In this document: piece by piece, positions 25,456 to 33,335 of the stretch
How the letters are laid out: each line of letters begins with the position of its first letter
Numbering within the stretch: position 1 is the stretch's first letter
Assembly (NCBI GenBank): GCA_046537985.1
Contig: JBKHJU010000001.1
Span: forward strand, 1 to 50,448
DNA: 50,448 bases
Direction of reading: 5' to 3'
Source: Longimicrobiales bacterium
GTDB taxonomy: Bacteria > Gemmatimonadota > Gemmatimonadetes > Longimicrobiales > Gaopeijiaceae
Position numbers and translations under genes: made by a program
Notes under the pieces: model-generated
Told to the model about the DNA's origin: nothing
The model's database searches: none
What the model saw: the letters and a program-made list of their open reading frames with translations, nothing else

Positions 25456-25952
25456 ACCGCCGCCAGCTCCCGCTCCGGCTCGGCCTCCTCCTCGGCGTCG
25501 GGCTCCCCGGTCGTCACCCGCTGACCGGAGGCGTAGGAGTGGGCCTGATCCGTGAGCTCCCGGATCCTCCCGCTCATGTCGGCGTTCATCCAGCCGGCGC
25601 CGGTCTCGGTCTCGCCGAGGAGGTCCGCGCTCTTGTCCCGGATGCGGGGGGTGTTCACCGCGTACTTCCCGGCCTCCACCTCGACCACGCCCGAGATCAC
25701 GACCCCCATCTGGTCGTTGGTCCCGTAGCTGAAACTCACGGTCGTGACCGTCAGCTTCTCGAGGAACGCCTCCGGGAGCTCCAGGATGCGGACCACGTCC
25801 TCGGCCAGGGCGTCCAGGGCCTCCTGGAACATACCCCGAGGCCTGTCCTCGGACTCGAGCTCGTGGCGCTCCCAGTCGTCGCCGTTACGGGTCCCCCACC
25901 TCAGCTCCACCGATTTCCCCTCGTGGTACTTCACCTTCAGCCATCTCGCCAC
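25452..25952 (-). CDS. Hypothetical 166-aa protein
   Basis: GTG preceded by GGAGGAG with a 6-nt spacer. Confidence 0.5.
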   Translation of the reverse strand: MARWLKVKYHEGKSVELRWGTRNGDDWERHELESEDRPRGMFQEALDALAEDVVRILELPEAFLEKLTVTTVSFSYGTNDQMGVVISGVVEVEAGKYAVNTPRIRDKSADLLGETETGAGWMNADMSGRIRELTDQAHSYASGQRVTTGEPDAEEEAEPERELAAV

Positions 25953-26136
25953 GGTTCTCCTCCTCTCTCTGCTCCCGGGCCGCCGCTCGGAGGCTCTCCC
26001 CGATCCGGTCCCGGTTCTCGTCTATCGCCCTGGACAGCACCTCCTCGGCCGCGTCCGGGTCGGACGCCAGCCTCCCCGCCAGCCGGAGCAGGTCCGAGTC
26101 CACCCAGACGAGGGCCGGGCACATGCGCCGAGTCAC
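25885..26136 (-). CDS. Candidate 83-aa acidic helical protein
   Basis: GTGA-coupled to the upstream peptide gene. Overlaps the next gene out of frame by 68 nt. Confidence 0.3.
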   Translation of the reverse strand: MTRRMCPALVWVDSDLLRLAGRLASDPDAAEEVLSRAIDENRDRIGESLRAAAREQREEENRGEMAEGEVPRGEIGGAEVGDP

Positions 26137-26246
26137 CGTCTCGTCCGGAGCCGCCGCTCCGCCTCCCGGTCGGCCAGGTCCACCTGGTGGAGGACCAGCG
26201 CCAGGGTCAGAGACCCGACGCCCACCGAGACCAGCACCCCGATCAC
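26133..26246 (-). CDS. Candidate 37-aa hydrophobic peptide
   Basis: VIGVLVSVGVGSLTLALVLHQVDL... with GTGA overlaps on both sides. Confidence 0.25.
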   Translation of the reverse strand: MIGVLVSVGVGSLTLALVLHQVDLADREAERRLRTRR

Positions 26247-27049
26247 GACCCCGCCCCGTGCTTGAACCACGCGCCCTTGCACCTCTCGTATACCGGCGTC
26301 ATGTCCCTCCTCCAGAACACGGCCATGGAGACCTGCTCGTCGTCCGACCACGGGGGTCGGCCCCCGTTCCGTCCGGAGCCCTCCCTCCAGGTCCTCGGGT
26401 CCCTGAGCATGGTCATGGCGCCGGTCACGACCTCCGGCCCGTCCCGCTCGGCCAGCCGGTTCCAGATGTCCAGCGCCCGGGCCACGCTCCACGGCGCGGC
26501 GTCGTCCCGGTCCGGCGGGTCCCGGCCGAGGAGAAACGCCTCCCGGTAGATCCCCGCCGCCCTGCTCCTCCACCCGTGGAGGTTCTCATCGTCGGGGGGC
26601 TCCCCCCCGGAGGGTTTACCCTCCGAACCACTAAACTCCTTCTTACTACCTCCTTCTTTGTATGCGTCCCGATTTCCCGCGTCCGGATTTCCCGCGTCCG
26701 GATTTTCCACGTCCGGAAAATCGGGATGTGGTGAATCTGGCTCTATGGTTAGGCTCTCGGGGAGCGCCAACTCCCACTCCGTCCCGACGAACTGCCCCTC
26801 GTCGCGCACCCGGCGGATCCGGAGGTACCCGGCCTCCTGGAGCTCGCAGATCCCGGTGTGAAGCGAGTGCTTCCCGTCGCTGGAGACGGTCACCAGGTGC
26901 GCGCGTCGGACCTGCCAGTCGGGCGGGCGACCCGCGAGGTAGGAGAAGAGGCCCTTGGCCTTCCACGACAGGTCCTCGTCGTTGAGGACCTCGTGGGGCA
27001 CCTGGGCGAAGGGGACGAGGGATCTCTTGAGCCGAACGAGGTCGGACAC
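26243..27049 (-). CDS. Replication initiator with winged-HTH N-terminal domain (lambda O-like organisation)
   Basis: N-terminus LSWKAKGLFSYLAGRPP...SLHTGICELQEAGYL is a wHTH. The origin-like iterons and AT-rich segment lie inside the inter-domain linker. Confidence 0.55.
   Translation of the reverse strand: MSDLVRLKRSLVPFAQVPHEVLNDEDLSWKAKGLFSYLAGRPPDWQVRRAHLVTVSSDGKHSLHTGICELQEAGYLRIRRVRDEGQFVGTEWELALPESLTIEPDSPHPDFPDVENPDAGNPDAGNRDAYKEGGSKKEFSGSEGKPSGGEPPDDENLHGWRSRAAGIYREAFLLGRDPPDRDDAAPWSVARALDIWNRLAERDGPEVVTGAMTMLRDPRTWREGSGRNGGRPPWSDDEQVSMAVFWRRDMTPVYERCKGAWFKHGAGS
26664..26726. repeat. Origin-like iterons: three direct 15-bp repeats plus one inverted copy
   Basis: gcgtcccgatttccc / gcgtccggatttccc / gcgtccggattttcc, then tccggaaaatcggga inverted. 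Adjacent 26631..26663 is 38 % GC against a 70 % background. Confidence 0.55.
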
Positions 27050-27127
27050 TACCGACCCCCCCGTGCCGAGTGGTCCACGACTCTCCTCTCAGGGGTGGAC
27101 GATCTCTCGGGGTCACACTACGTGGAC

Positions 27128-28891
27128 TCAACCTCCGCCGCCACTCGAGAAGAGGTCGGGGCCGGACCCGCCCGCCCCCTCTCCTCCGCCCTTGATCTGC
27201 CAGAACCTGGCCTCCAGTGGTTCCATCGCACGGGCCAGCGCGTCCCGGTCACCCGCGTCCTTCGCCTCCTCCACCGCCGCCGCCTCCTCCTCGGAGAGCT
27301 TCCCGGTCTGAGCCAGGAACGTGGTCACCTTGTCGGCCCGGTCCCGCTCCTCCCTCCGGATACCCTCCGGCTCCGGCTCCCGGCCCACGGAGGAGCCGTC
27401 ACCGTCGCTCTGAGGCGGATCGGACTGCGCCCCCCCCGTATCCCCTCCGCCGTTTTCGAGGCGCTCGAGGCGGGCGACGATGCGCGCCCACTTGGACTGT
27501 GGCCCCTCTCCCCGGGCTCCCTCCACCGATTCCACGCAGATGGCCACGACGTCGGGGGAGAGGTCCTCGTCCTCCGGGACCTCGTCCGGCAGCCGGGGGT
27601 GGTGGCGGAAGAACGCCGACACCTGCTGGTCGGTCGCGCCAGCCTCGTCCAGGAAGCCGGTCCACTTCTCCAGCAGGGCGCCCGGGCTCTGGATCTCCCT
27701 CCGGAGGGCGTCGAGCTCGGAGCGGAGCCGGTCCTTCAGGGACTCGGGGACCTGGGTACACTTGTCCGTCAGGACGTACCGGCGCAGGTAGCCCGTTCCA
27801 CTCTTGCGGTCGCCGTCCTCGGTCCAGCCGTACACCAGGTCCCGCCAGGTGAGATCCCCGTGTTTGCCGAAGCCGACTTTCCGGTCCAGCGGATCTGCGG
27901 GCTCGCTCTCCGCCTCACCGCCGTCCCCGGCCTCCGCCAGGGCCTCCAGGATCTCCTCCCTTAGCGCGTCCGGCGTCCGGTCCGCCTCCTCCGCCGCCCA
28001 CCGTGCCCAACCGGGGTCCTGCTCGATGACCTCCCGCCAGGTGAGACTCCGCTTCTCCTTCCCGAACCCCACCCTGTCGTCCAGGCTCGGCGGAGATCCG
28101 GAGCTGGATGACCGCCCGTAGGCCCGCTCGTCTCCACCCTGGACCTCCTCGTAGGAGACCTCCCCGGCGGCGACCAGGTTGCTCACGGCCCGGTTCGTGG
28201 CCCGAGTCTCGGCCGTCGCCACGCAGTCGTGACGGGCCTTTGCCAGCGCGGTCGGGTTCGGAACCCGGGTGCCGACGAGCTTCGGATCGTAGTCCCCCTC
28301 CTGGAGCTCGGTGCCGTCGTCGGCGCACCGGAAGTGGTTGTCCCACGAGTCGTCCTTCCGATTGTCGAACATCCTGCCGCCGCAGGTGGGACAGGGAGGG
28401 TAAGCCATCCGGAACCGAAGCTCCTCCGTGGAGCAGGAGCCGAGCGCCTCCGTGTACTGGCCCCAGGGCGCCACGGCACGGACCACCACGTCGGCGACGA
28501 AGGTCCGCTCGCCGTCCACCCGACTCCAGCCGGCCTCCTTTGAGACGACCTGGGTGGAGAGGTGGAAGAACCGGGCCATCTTGCGCCACGCCGACTTCCG
28601 CTTGAACGGGCGCCCGCCCTCCTCCTCCACGTCGTTCGGACCTATCAGCGCGTGGACCGCCCGGTCGTACGCCTCCATGAGCTTCTGCTGCTCCTCGATG
28701 GCCTCGTCCGTTGCGAGACCCTCTAGGAACTCCCGGAGCGAGACGGGCTCCTGCATGATGAGTGGCGGTGAGCGGTCCGGGGCGCTCGGCCCGCCGATCT
28801 CGGGGTGGCGCATCGGCACGGAGGGCGGTGGGGTGATCTCCCCGGAGTCCGAGTCCACCACGGTCCCGTCCTCGAGTCTCTCCTCTGGCAT
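27128..28891 (-). CDS. Putative single-strand annealing/recombination protein (Erf/Rad52-like N-terminus) with repeated C-terminal motifs
   Basis: Position beside SSB and Gam. N-terminal basic patch GRPFKRKSAWRK. Two VGFGK..LTWR repeats. ATG preceded by GAGGAGAGAGAG. Confidence 0.4.
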   Translation of the reverse strand: MPEERLEDGTVVDSDSGEITPPPSVPMRHPEIGGPSAPDRSPPLIMQEPVSLREFLEGLATDEAIEEQQKLMEAYDRAVHALIGPNDVEEEGGRPFKRKSAWRKMARFFHLSTQVVSKEAGWSRVDGERTFVADVVVRAVAPWGQYTEALGSCSTEELRFRMAYPPCPTCGGRMFDNRKDDSWDNHFRCADDGTELQEGDYDPKLVGTRVPNPTALAKARHDCVATAETRATNRAVSNLVAAGEVSYEEVQGGDERAYGRSSSSGSPPSLDDRVGFGKEKRSLTWREVIEQDPGWARWAAEEADRTPDALREEILEALAEAGDGGEAESEPADPLDRKVGFGKHGDLTWRDLVYGWTEDGDRKSGTGYLRRYVLTDKCTQVPESLKDRLRSELDALRREIQSPGALLEKWTGFLDEAGATDQQVSAFFRHHPRLPDEVPEDEDLSPDVVAICVESVEGARGEGPQSKWARIVARLERLENGGGDTGGAQSDPPQSDGDGSSVGREPEPEGIRREERDRADKVTTFLAQTGKLSEEEAAAVEEAKDAGDRDALARAMEPLEARFWQIKGGGEGAGGSGPDLFSSGGGG

Positions 28892-28922
28892 CTCTCTCTC
28901 CTCTATCTCTGTGACCCTCTCC

Positions 28923-28949
28923 GGGGGGAGGGGAGAACCCCCTCCCCCC
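28923..28949. other. Perfect 11-bp G/C hairpin with 5-nt loop: GGGGGGAGGGG-AGAAC-CCCCTCCCCCC
   Basis: Exact inverted repeat in the 75-bp gap between the Gam-like and SSAP genes. Confidence 0.5.
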
Positions 28950-28966
28950 TGTTGGTTGGAAGGTTA

Positions 28967-29614
28967 CTACTCCTTGGGCTTCACGTAAAACGTCCCACGG
29001 GCGTCACCGGGCACGAACCGAACCCCGTGCTCCTCGGCGTCCAGGACCTCCCCGGTCTCGGCCAGGACGCCCTCGTCGGTGAGCGCGTCCAGGATCGGCG
29101 TCTTGAGGACCGACCGGGTCACCTTGACCGCCTCGGGCACCGCGCTCCCGGCCCACTTTACGGCCCGCTCCTCGTTCACGACCTCGACGGTGGGACGAGT
29201 CGCCCGGAACCCGAACGTCCCGTGGGGCAGGTTCCGGGACTTCTTCCGCTTGAAGTCGTAGCCGCCCAGGGCCAGGAGTCGAACCTTGTTCTCCAGGTAC
29301 TCCACGGATGCCTCCAGGGAGTACCTCTCCCCCTTAAAGTGGTCCCGGATCATCTGGACCCTGCGCTCCTCCACCTCCTCGCTCTCCCGGATCTCCGCCC
29401 TGCGCTCGGCGATCCTCTCCAGGAGCGCGTCGATGCGGGAGTCTAACTCCGGGTTTCTCTCCACCGCCCGCACCTCCTCGTCCTCTCCCGCGTCCTCGAG
29501 GGCGATCTCCGCCCGCTTCACGTCGTCGGCGAGGCCGATCCGGCGGAGGAAGTCGTCCTCCTCACGCTCGATCTCGTCCACGATCTCCGGCCTGTCCCGC
29601 GCTGCGTCCGCCAT
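28967..29614 (-). CDS. Mu Gam-like host-nuclease inhibitor
   Basis: Coiled-coil N-terminal half and a C-terminal GTFGFRATRPTVEVVNEERAVKWAG...GVRFVPGDARGTFYVKPK resembling the Gam/Ku-like fold. Confidence 0.55.
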   Translation of the reverse strand: MADAARDRPEIVDEIEREEDDFLRRIGLADDVKRAEIALEDAGEDEEVRAVERNPELDSRIDALLERIAERRAEIRESEEVEERRVQMIRDHFKGERYSLEASVEYLENKVRLLALGGYDFKRKKSRNLPHGTFGFRATRPTVEVVNEERAVKWAGSAVPEAVKVTRSVLKTPILDALTDEGVLAETGEVLDAEEHGVRFVPGDARGTFYVKPKE

Positions 29615-29649
29615 CTCTCTCTCCTCCGCTGCTTGGGTAGGGTGTCTCC

Positions 29650-29988
29650 TCAGTCCTTCGGTGGGCTGAGGAGCACGAGCTCCCGGACCACCACGTCTGG
29701 GGTCGGGATGGTGACTCCGTCTCGGTCGTAGGACCCGTACTGGAGGCGCCCCTCCACGTAGACTCGGTCCCCCTTGTGGACGTAGTCCTCCACGAACTGC
29801 GCCATCCGGCCCCAGGCGGTCAGCCGGTGCCAGTCGGTCCGGTCGTGCTCCCGGTCGTTGGAGTCCCTCCAGTAATGGTTCGTCGCCAGCGGAAAGTTGG
29901 CGACCTTCGTGCCGTCCCCGGTGCTCCGGACGTCGGGGTCCGCCCCGACGTGGCCCACGAGGATCAGCTTGTTAACGGACCTGGCCAT
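29650..29988 (-). CDS. ssb: Single-stranded DNA-binding protein (bacterial OB-fold type)
   Basis: NKLILVGHVGADPDVRST..G..VANFPLATN...W....G......WHRL..WGRMAQFVEDYVHKGDRVYVEGRLQ is a canonical SSB core. Confidence 0.8.
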   Translation of the reverse strand: MARSVNKLILVGHVGADPDVRSTGDGTKVANFPLATNHYWRDSNDREHDRTDWHRLTAWGRMAQFVEDYVHKGDRVYVEGRLQYGSYDRDGVTIPTPDVVVRELVLLSPPKD

Positions 29989-30415
29989 CTCTCCCTCCCC
30001 TCTCGGTTGAGCCTGCGCCCCGGCCCCGAACGGGCGGGGGCAGTCGATCGGTCAGCCATCTCCAGTTCCTGCCGCTCCAGATTCTCCGAACCGCGCTCTC
30101 CCCCACGGGGAGCCCGAAGGCCTGGACCACGTCCTCGGGGTGCCACCCGGAGAGCCGGACCGCCCACACGGCCCGGACCTGGTCCTCGGTCAGCTTCGAG
30201 TTGTGGTGTTTTTCGCCGCGCATCCACCAGTGTGGTCCCCCGTTCCCCGGGTTCGGAAGGACGGGCTCGCGACAGCCGGGGAGGTCCTCCTCGTACAGGT
30301 ACCGGTGTGCGGTCCGGCGGGAGCAGGACCAGAGCGCGGCCACGTGTCCCGAGGTCACTGTCCGCTCCCGGACGAGCCTCCTGGCCGCGTCGACGGCCCG
30401 CGCCGGCGGCGTCAC
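29972..30415 (-). CDS. HTH DNA-binding protein
   Basis: VTSGHVAALWSCSRRTAHRYL, plus a second helical segment. GTG start overlaps the upstream stop. The N-terminal 90 aa of the listed ORF is discarded. Confidence 0.45.
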   Translation of the reverse strand: MTPPARAVDAARRLVRERTVTSGHVAALWSCSRRTAHRYLYEEDLPGCREPVLPNPGNGGPHWWMRGEKHHNSKLTEDQVRAVWAVRLSGWHPEDVVQAFGLPVGESAVRRIWSGRNWRWLTDRLPPPVRGRGAGSTERGGRDGQVR

Positions 30416-30831
30416 TCCGCCCCCTCCCGGAGGGCCCGCACCCACGCCCGCAGGACGCGGTCCTCGGGCTCGACGTCGAGGCGTCCGTCCACGAAGATGG
30501 CATAGGCGTCCGCCCCGTACGGCCCCACCCCGGGCAGGTCCTCGGGGTGTTCCCACCACCCGAGTGCCATCTGACGGGCCATATCTCTGAGCAGCCTGGC
30601 CCGCCGGTTCGGGAAGCCGAGTGGCCTCAGAGCCTCGGCGAGCTCCTCCGGATCCGCCGTGGCCATGACCCGCGCAGTCGGCCACCGCCGTAAGACCTCC
30701 GGCAGGACTCGGCGGGCCACCGTTCCGGTCGCCCGGTTCAGGAGCTGGCAGACCAGGAGGACTCGGTAGGGGTCGCCACGGATCTCGGGGTCCGCCTGGA
30801 TCGGCGGCAGTTTGTCGGCGACCGCCGTCAC
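30412..30831 (-). CDS. HhH-GPD family protein (short DNA-glycosylase-like domain)
   Basis: LPGVGPYGADAYAIF is a helix-hairpin-helix followed by a Gly/Pro-rich loop and Asp. GTGA start at 30828..30831. Confidence 0.5.
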   Translation of the reverse strand: MTAVADKLPPIQADPEIRGDPYRVLLVCQLLNRATGTVARRVLPEVLRRWPTARVMATADPEELAEALRPLGFPNRRARLLRDMARQMALGWWEHPEDLPGVGPYGADAYAIFVDGRLDVEPEDRVLRAWVRALREGAE

Positions 30832-31310
30832 GGGACCGACCGTAGCGGGCTCCGCCCCGTGCCCCGGGGTGGCAGTGCGTCCAGGAGTCGCAGGACCGCC
30901 GCCACGGGAGTCGGCTCCGGCCGAGGGCTGTAACCCTCCGGCGCGATGCCCGCGGCGAGACAGACCCACCCGCCGCCGTCCCGGTCGGTGCGTATCACCT
31001 TTCCGAGAAACTCCTCACCTCGGTACAGGTCCCACCCCTCCTCGCAGGGGACGAGAGAGGGCAACGGTCCCCGTTGCCACTCGTCCTCGAGGCTCGCCAC
31101 CAGGTCGCCCAGGGCCAGATAGAGACCCGGGCTCCCCCTGCCTAGCCTCATCAGCAGGGAGGCGAAGTTTGCCATCCCCGCGGCGGAGGACCGCTCCTCC
31201 GTTGGCCCGAGCTCGGACTCACACCCGGGGCAGGGACCGCCCACGATGGGCTGGTCCGTCATGACCCGAAGCCCACACCGTTCGCAACGTCTCTCGCTCC
31301 ACGTGTCCAT
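30828..31310 (-). CDS. Hypothetical zinc-ribbon protein (160 aa)
   Basis: CERCG...CPGCE. ATG preceded by GAGGAGAGAGAG. Confidence 0.45.
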   Translation of the reverse strand: MDTWSERRCERCGLRVMTDQPIVGGPCPGCESELGPTEERSSAAGMANFASLLMRLGRGSPGLYLALGDLVASLEDEWQRGPLPSLVPCEEGWDLYRGEEFLGKVIRTDRDGGGWVCLAAGIAPEGYSPRPEPTPVAAVLRLLDALPPRGTGRSPLRSVP

Positions 31311-31392
31311 CTCTCTCTCCTCTCGGTTGGCTCTCTCTCGCCGCGACCCCCCGGCGCCGACGGTGGGGGGCTCCGCCGACCCCGGGGGGACT

Positions 31393-31662
31393 TCATCCGA
31401 TGGACTGAAGCGTCGTCAGCAGCTTCGCCCGGGCCTCGTCCTCGAGGTCCTCGAGCACCTCCAGCACCTCCGGGGGCGCCTCCTTCGATCCGCCACAGTA
31501 CCGGGAGACCGTGGAGCGTGCCATGCTCAGGTCCCGCCTCGCCTCCAGTTGCCGCCGAAACCACGCCTGGGCGCCCCGGGGGGACTCCTGGCCCTCGAGC
31601 ACCACGTAGACCCGCTCGACGCGGTCGCCGATTCCCGCCGCCCCGCCGTCCCGACGACTCAC
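31393..31662 (-). CDS. Small HTH protein (89 aa)
   Basis: LSMARSTVSRYCGG is an HTH-like segment. Confidence 0.45.
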   Translation of the reverse strand: MSRRDGGAAGIGDRVERVYVVLEGQESPRGAQAWFRRQLEARRDLSMARSTVSRYCGGSKEAPPEVLEVLEDLEDEARAKLLTTLQSIG

Positions 31663-31757
31663 GACCGGGGCTCCCGCAGGGCACGGTCGGGGTCGGACGA
31701 TTGCCGCCCCGTCTCCCCGCAGCAGGTACAGGCCCCCACGATCTCGGTCCGGCTCAT
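31659..31757 (-). CDS. Candidate 32-aa Cys-rich micro-protein
   Basis: MSRTEIVGACTCCGETGRQ... SD AGGAGGG 5 nt upstream. ATGA and GTGA overlaps with the flanking genes. Confidence 0.2.
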   Translation of the reverse strand: MSRTEIVGACTCCGETGRQSSDPDRALREPRS

Positions 31758-32431
31758 CGGTTCCCTCCTGCCAGGGGTCTGGCCTCCACGGATCGGACGC
31801 AGCGGCGACATTGGTGCGTCACCTCCCGGTGTTCCTCGGCCCACTCCGTCAGGACCTCTCTGAGGTCGGACGCCGCCACGTGGTGGCCGTCCGCTCTCGC
31901 CCCTGCCGCCAGCTCGTCGGCCGCGTCCCGGATCACCGCCTCCCAGCCGTCGCGGAGGACCGCCTCGGGGTCCTCCAGCACGTCCGCCAGGTCGTCGTAC
32001 TGGAGCCAGTCGGCGGCGTCCCAGTACCGCCCCAGTGCCCCGGCGGCCTCGGCCCACGCCGCGCGGAGCTCGTCGGTCCCCTGGAGCCACTCGTCGCTGC
32101 CCCTGACCCGGCGATCGCTGCCGTCCCACCTGCTGCCGGGGTAGGCAACGTCCAGAGACGCAAGCAGCCCGTCCAGAGAGCGGAGCGCGTCCAGGGCGGA
32201 GGCGCCTACCGTGTCCGGGCGGAGGTCGCCGATCCAGACCCAGCGGCCGTGCACGGCAGGCATGGGAACGCTGGAGCCACCGATCGAGTGGTGCAGGGCG
32301 ATCTCGGGACCGCCCTCCCGGGTGGGCACGAAGTAGATTCTCAGCGCGTCGCCGGACCGGAGGCCGTGGGTGTCCAGGGCGCTCGCGTCCGGGTAGGTGA
32401 TACGCGTCGTGGTCGTCGTGTCGGTGCTCAT
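31754..32431 (-). CDS. Hypothetical acidic protein (226 aa)
   Basis: Internal ATG (MSTDTTTTT...) preceded by a GAGAGGGGAGAGAGA leader. Confidence 0.45.
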   Translation of the reverse strand: MSTDTTTTTRITYPDASALDTHGLRSGDALRIYFVPTREGGPEIALHHSIGGSSVPMPAVHGRWVWIGDLRPDTVGASALDALRSLDGLLASLDVAYPGSRWDGSDRRVRGSDEWLQGTDELRAAWAEAAGALGRYWDAADWLQYDDLADVLEDPEAVLRDGWEAVIRDAADELAAGARADGHHVAASDLREVLTEWAEEHREVTHQCRRCVRSVEARPLAGGNR

Positions 32432-32514
32432 CGGTCTCTCTCCCCTCTCAGGTGTGATATGGCGTACCGGACCTGGATCCGCTCCCGGGGACCCGCTCCC
32501 CAGGGACAGCATCG

Positions 32515-32808
32515 TTACCAGACGAGTTTTCCGGTGTCGAGGTAGTACCAGTCCCCGTCCAGCCAGAGCGCATCCAGCAGGTCCTGTCCGCTCAGTGCGG
32601 CGCGGTCATCGTCGCTCGGGGTCAGCACCTCGTACCTGATCTCGACGCCCTCGCGGGTGGCGGCCTCGTGAGTGTGGTGGCCGTCCACCAGCACGTAGAG
32701 GTCGTCGGCGTAGTGGATAACCGGGAGTGTCACGGGAGACCGCAGGTCGGCCGCCTTGGCCTCGACCTTGGCCTCATCCCGGTAGTGTTGGCTGCTGATG
32801 ATACGCAT
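32515..32808 (-). CDS. Hypothetical 97-aa protein
   Basis: Internal ATG of the listed ORF; the N-terminal 143 aa is low-complexity. Confidence 0.4.
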   Translation of the reverse strand: MRIISSQHYRDEAKVEAKAADLRSPVTLPVIHYADDLYVLVDGHHTHEAATREGVEIRYEVLTPSDDDRAALSGQDLLDALWLDGDWYYLDTGKLVW

Positions 32809-32822
32809 CGTTCGGCCCCCCC

Positions 32823-32999
32823 TTATCGTCCGGAGACGCCGGGCTGTATCTCGTCGGCCCGGTCCCAGCACTCCGTCGCCGCCGCCTCCGCGACGCGGGC
32901 GTCCTCCTCCATGCCGTGCTCCCGGTAGGCGCGGGCGATCTTCAGGTGGGCGTCCCCGGTCCGCAGGTGGCGGCGGGCCTCGGTCTGGACCTGACTCAT
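32823..32999 (-). CDS. Hypothetical 58-aa protein; first gene after the early promoter
   Basis: ATG preceded by GAGAGAGGAGAGAGAG. Sits 45 nt downstream of the predicted -10. Confidence 0.45.
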   Translation of the reverse strand: MSQVQTEARRHLRTGDAHLKIARAYREHGMEEDARVAEAAATECWDRADEIQPGVSGR

Positions 33000-33043
33000 C
33001 TCTCTCTCCTCTCTCGGTGGTCCCTCTCTCATCCGTACATCCA

Positions 33044-33072
33044 AATATACGCGCCCCCTGGAACAATGTCAA
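33044..33072 (-). promoter_or_regulatory. Sigma70-type promoter: -35 TTGACA (33072..33067), 17-nt spacer, -10 TATATT (33049..33044)
   Basis: Consensus hexamers with exact 17-bp spacing, in a 335-bp non-coding gap of a 70 % GC genome. Confidence 0.5.
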
Positions 33073-33088
33073 GGCTTTGTTCCAGGGG
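33055..33088. promoter_or_regulatory. Operator-like inverted repeat overlapping the promoter: CCCCTGGAACAA-N10-TTGTTCCAGGGG
   Basis: Perfect 12-bp arms. The loop contains the -35 hexamer. Confidence 0.5.
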
Positions 33089-33335
33089 TGGGGCGAGGTC
33101 TCCGGAGGGGGTTGGGTCTCGCGCATGCGGTGGGGAAAGAGAAAACGCCCGGCCCACGAAAGGGACCGGGCGTCTCCCACACAGAGGTGGCGGGCCTCGC
33201 CAGAGAGATAGAAGAGAGTCGGCCGGGGACGAGGCACCGCCGGATCCCGCTGAGAGGTCCCGGCTCCGACGCTCGAAACCTAACCGGGTGCGGTCCCGGC
33301 GGACAACTCCCCGGGCGGACGTTTCACGTGGAACG

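Noticed and set aside
33277-33303. Possible terminator CCGGGACCGCACCCGG followed by TTAGGTTT after the lysis genes
   Set aside because: Only a 5-bp stem. In 70 % GC DNA such stems occur by chance. Kept out of the feature list.
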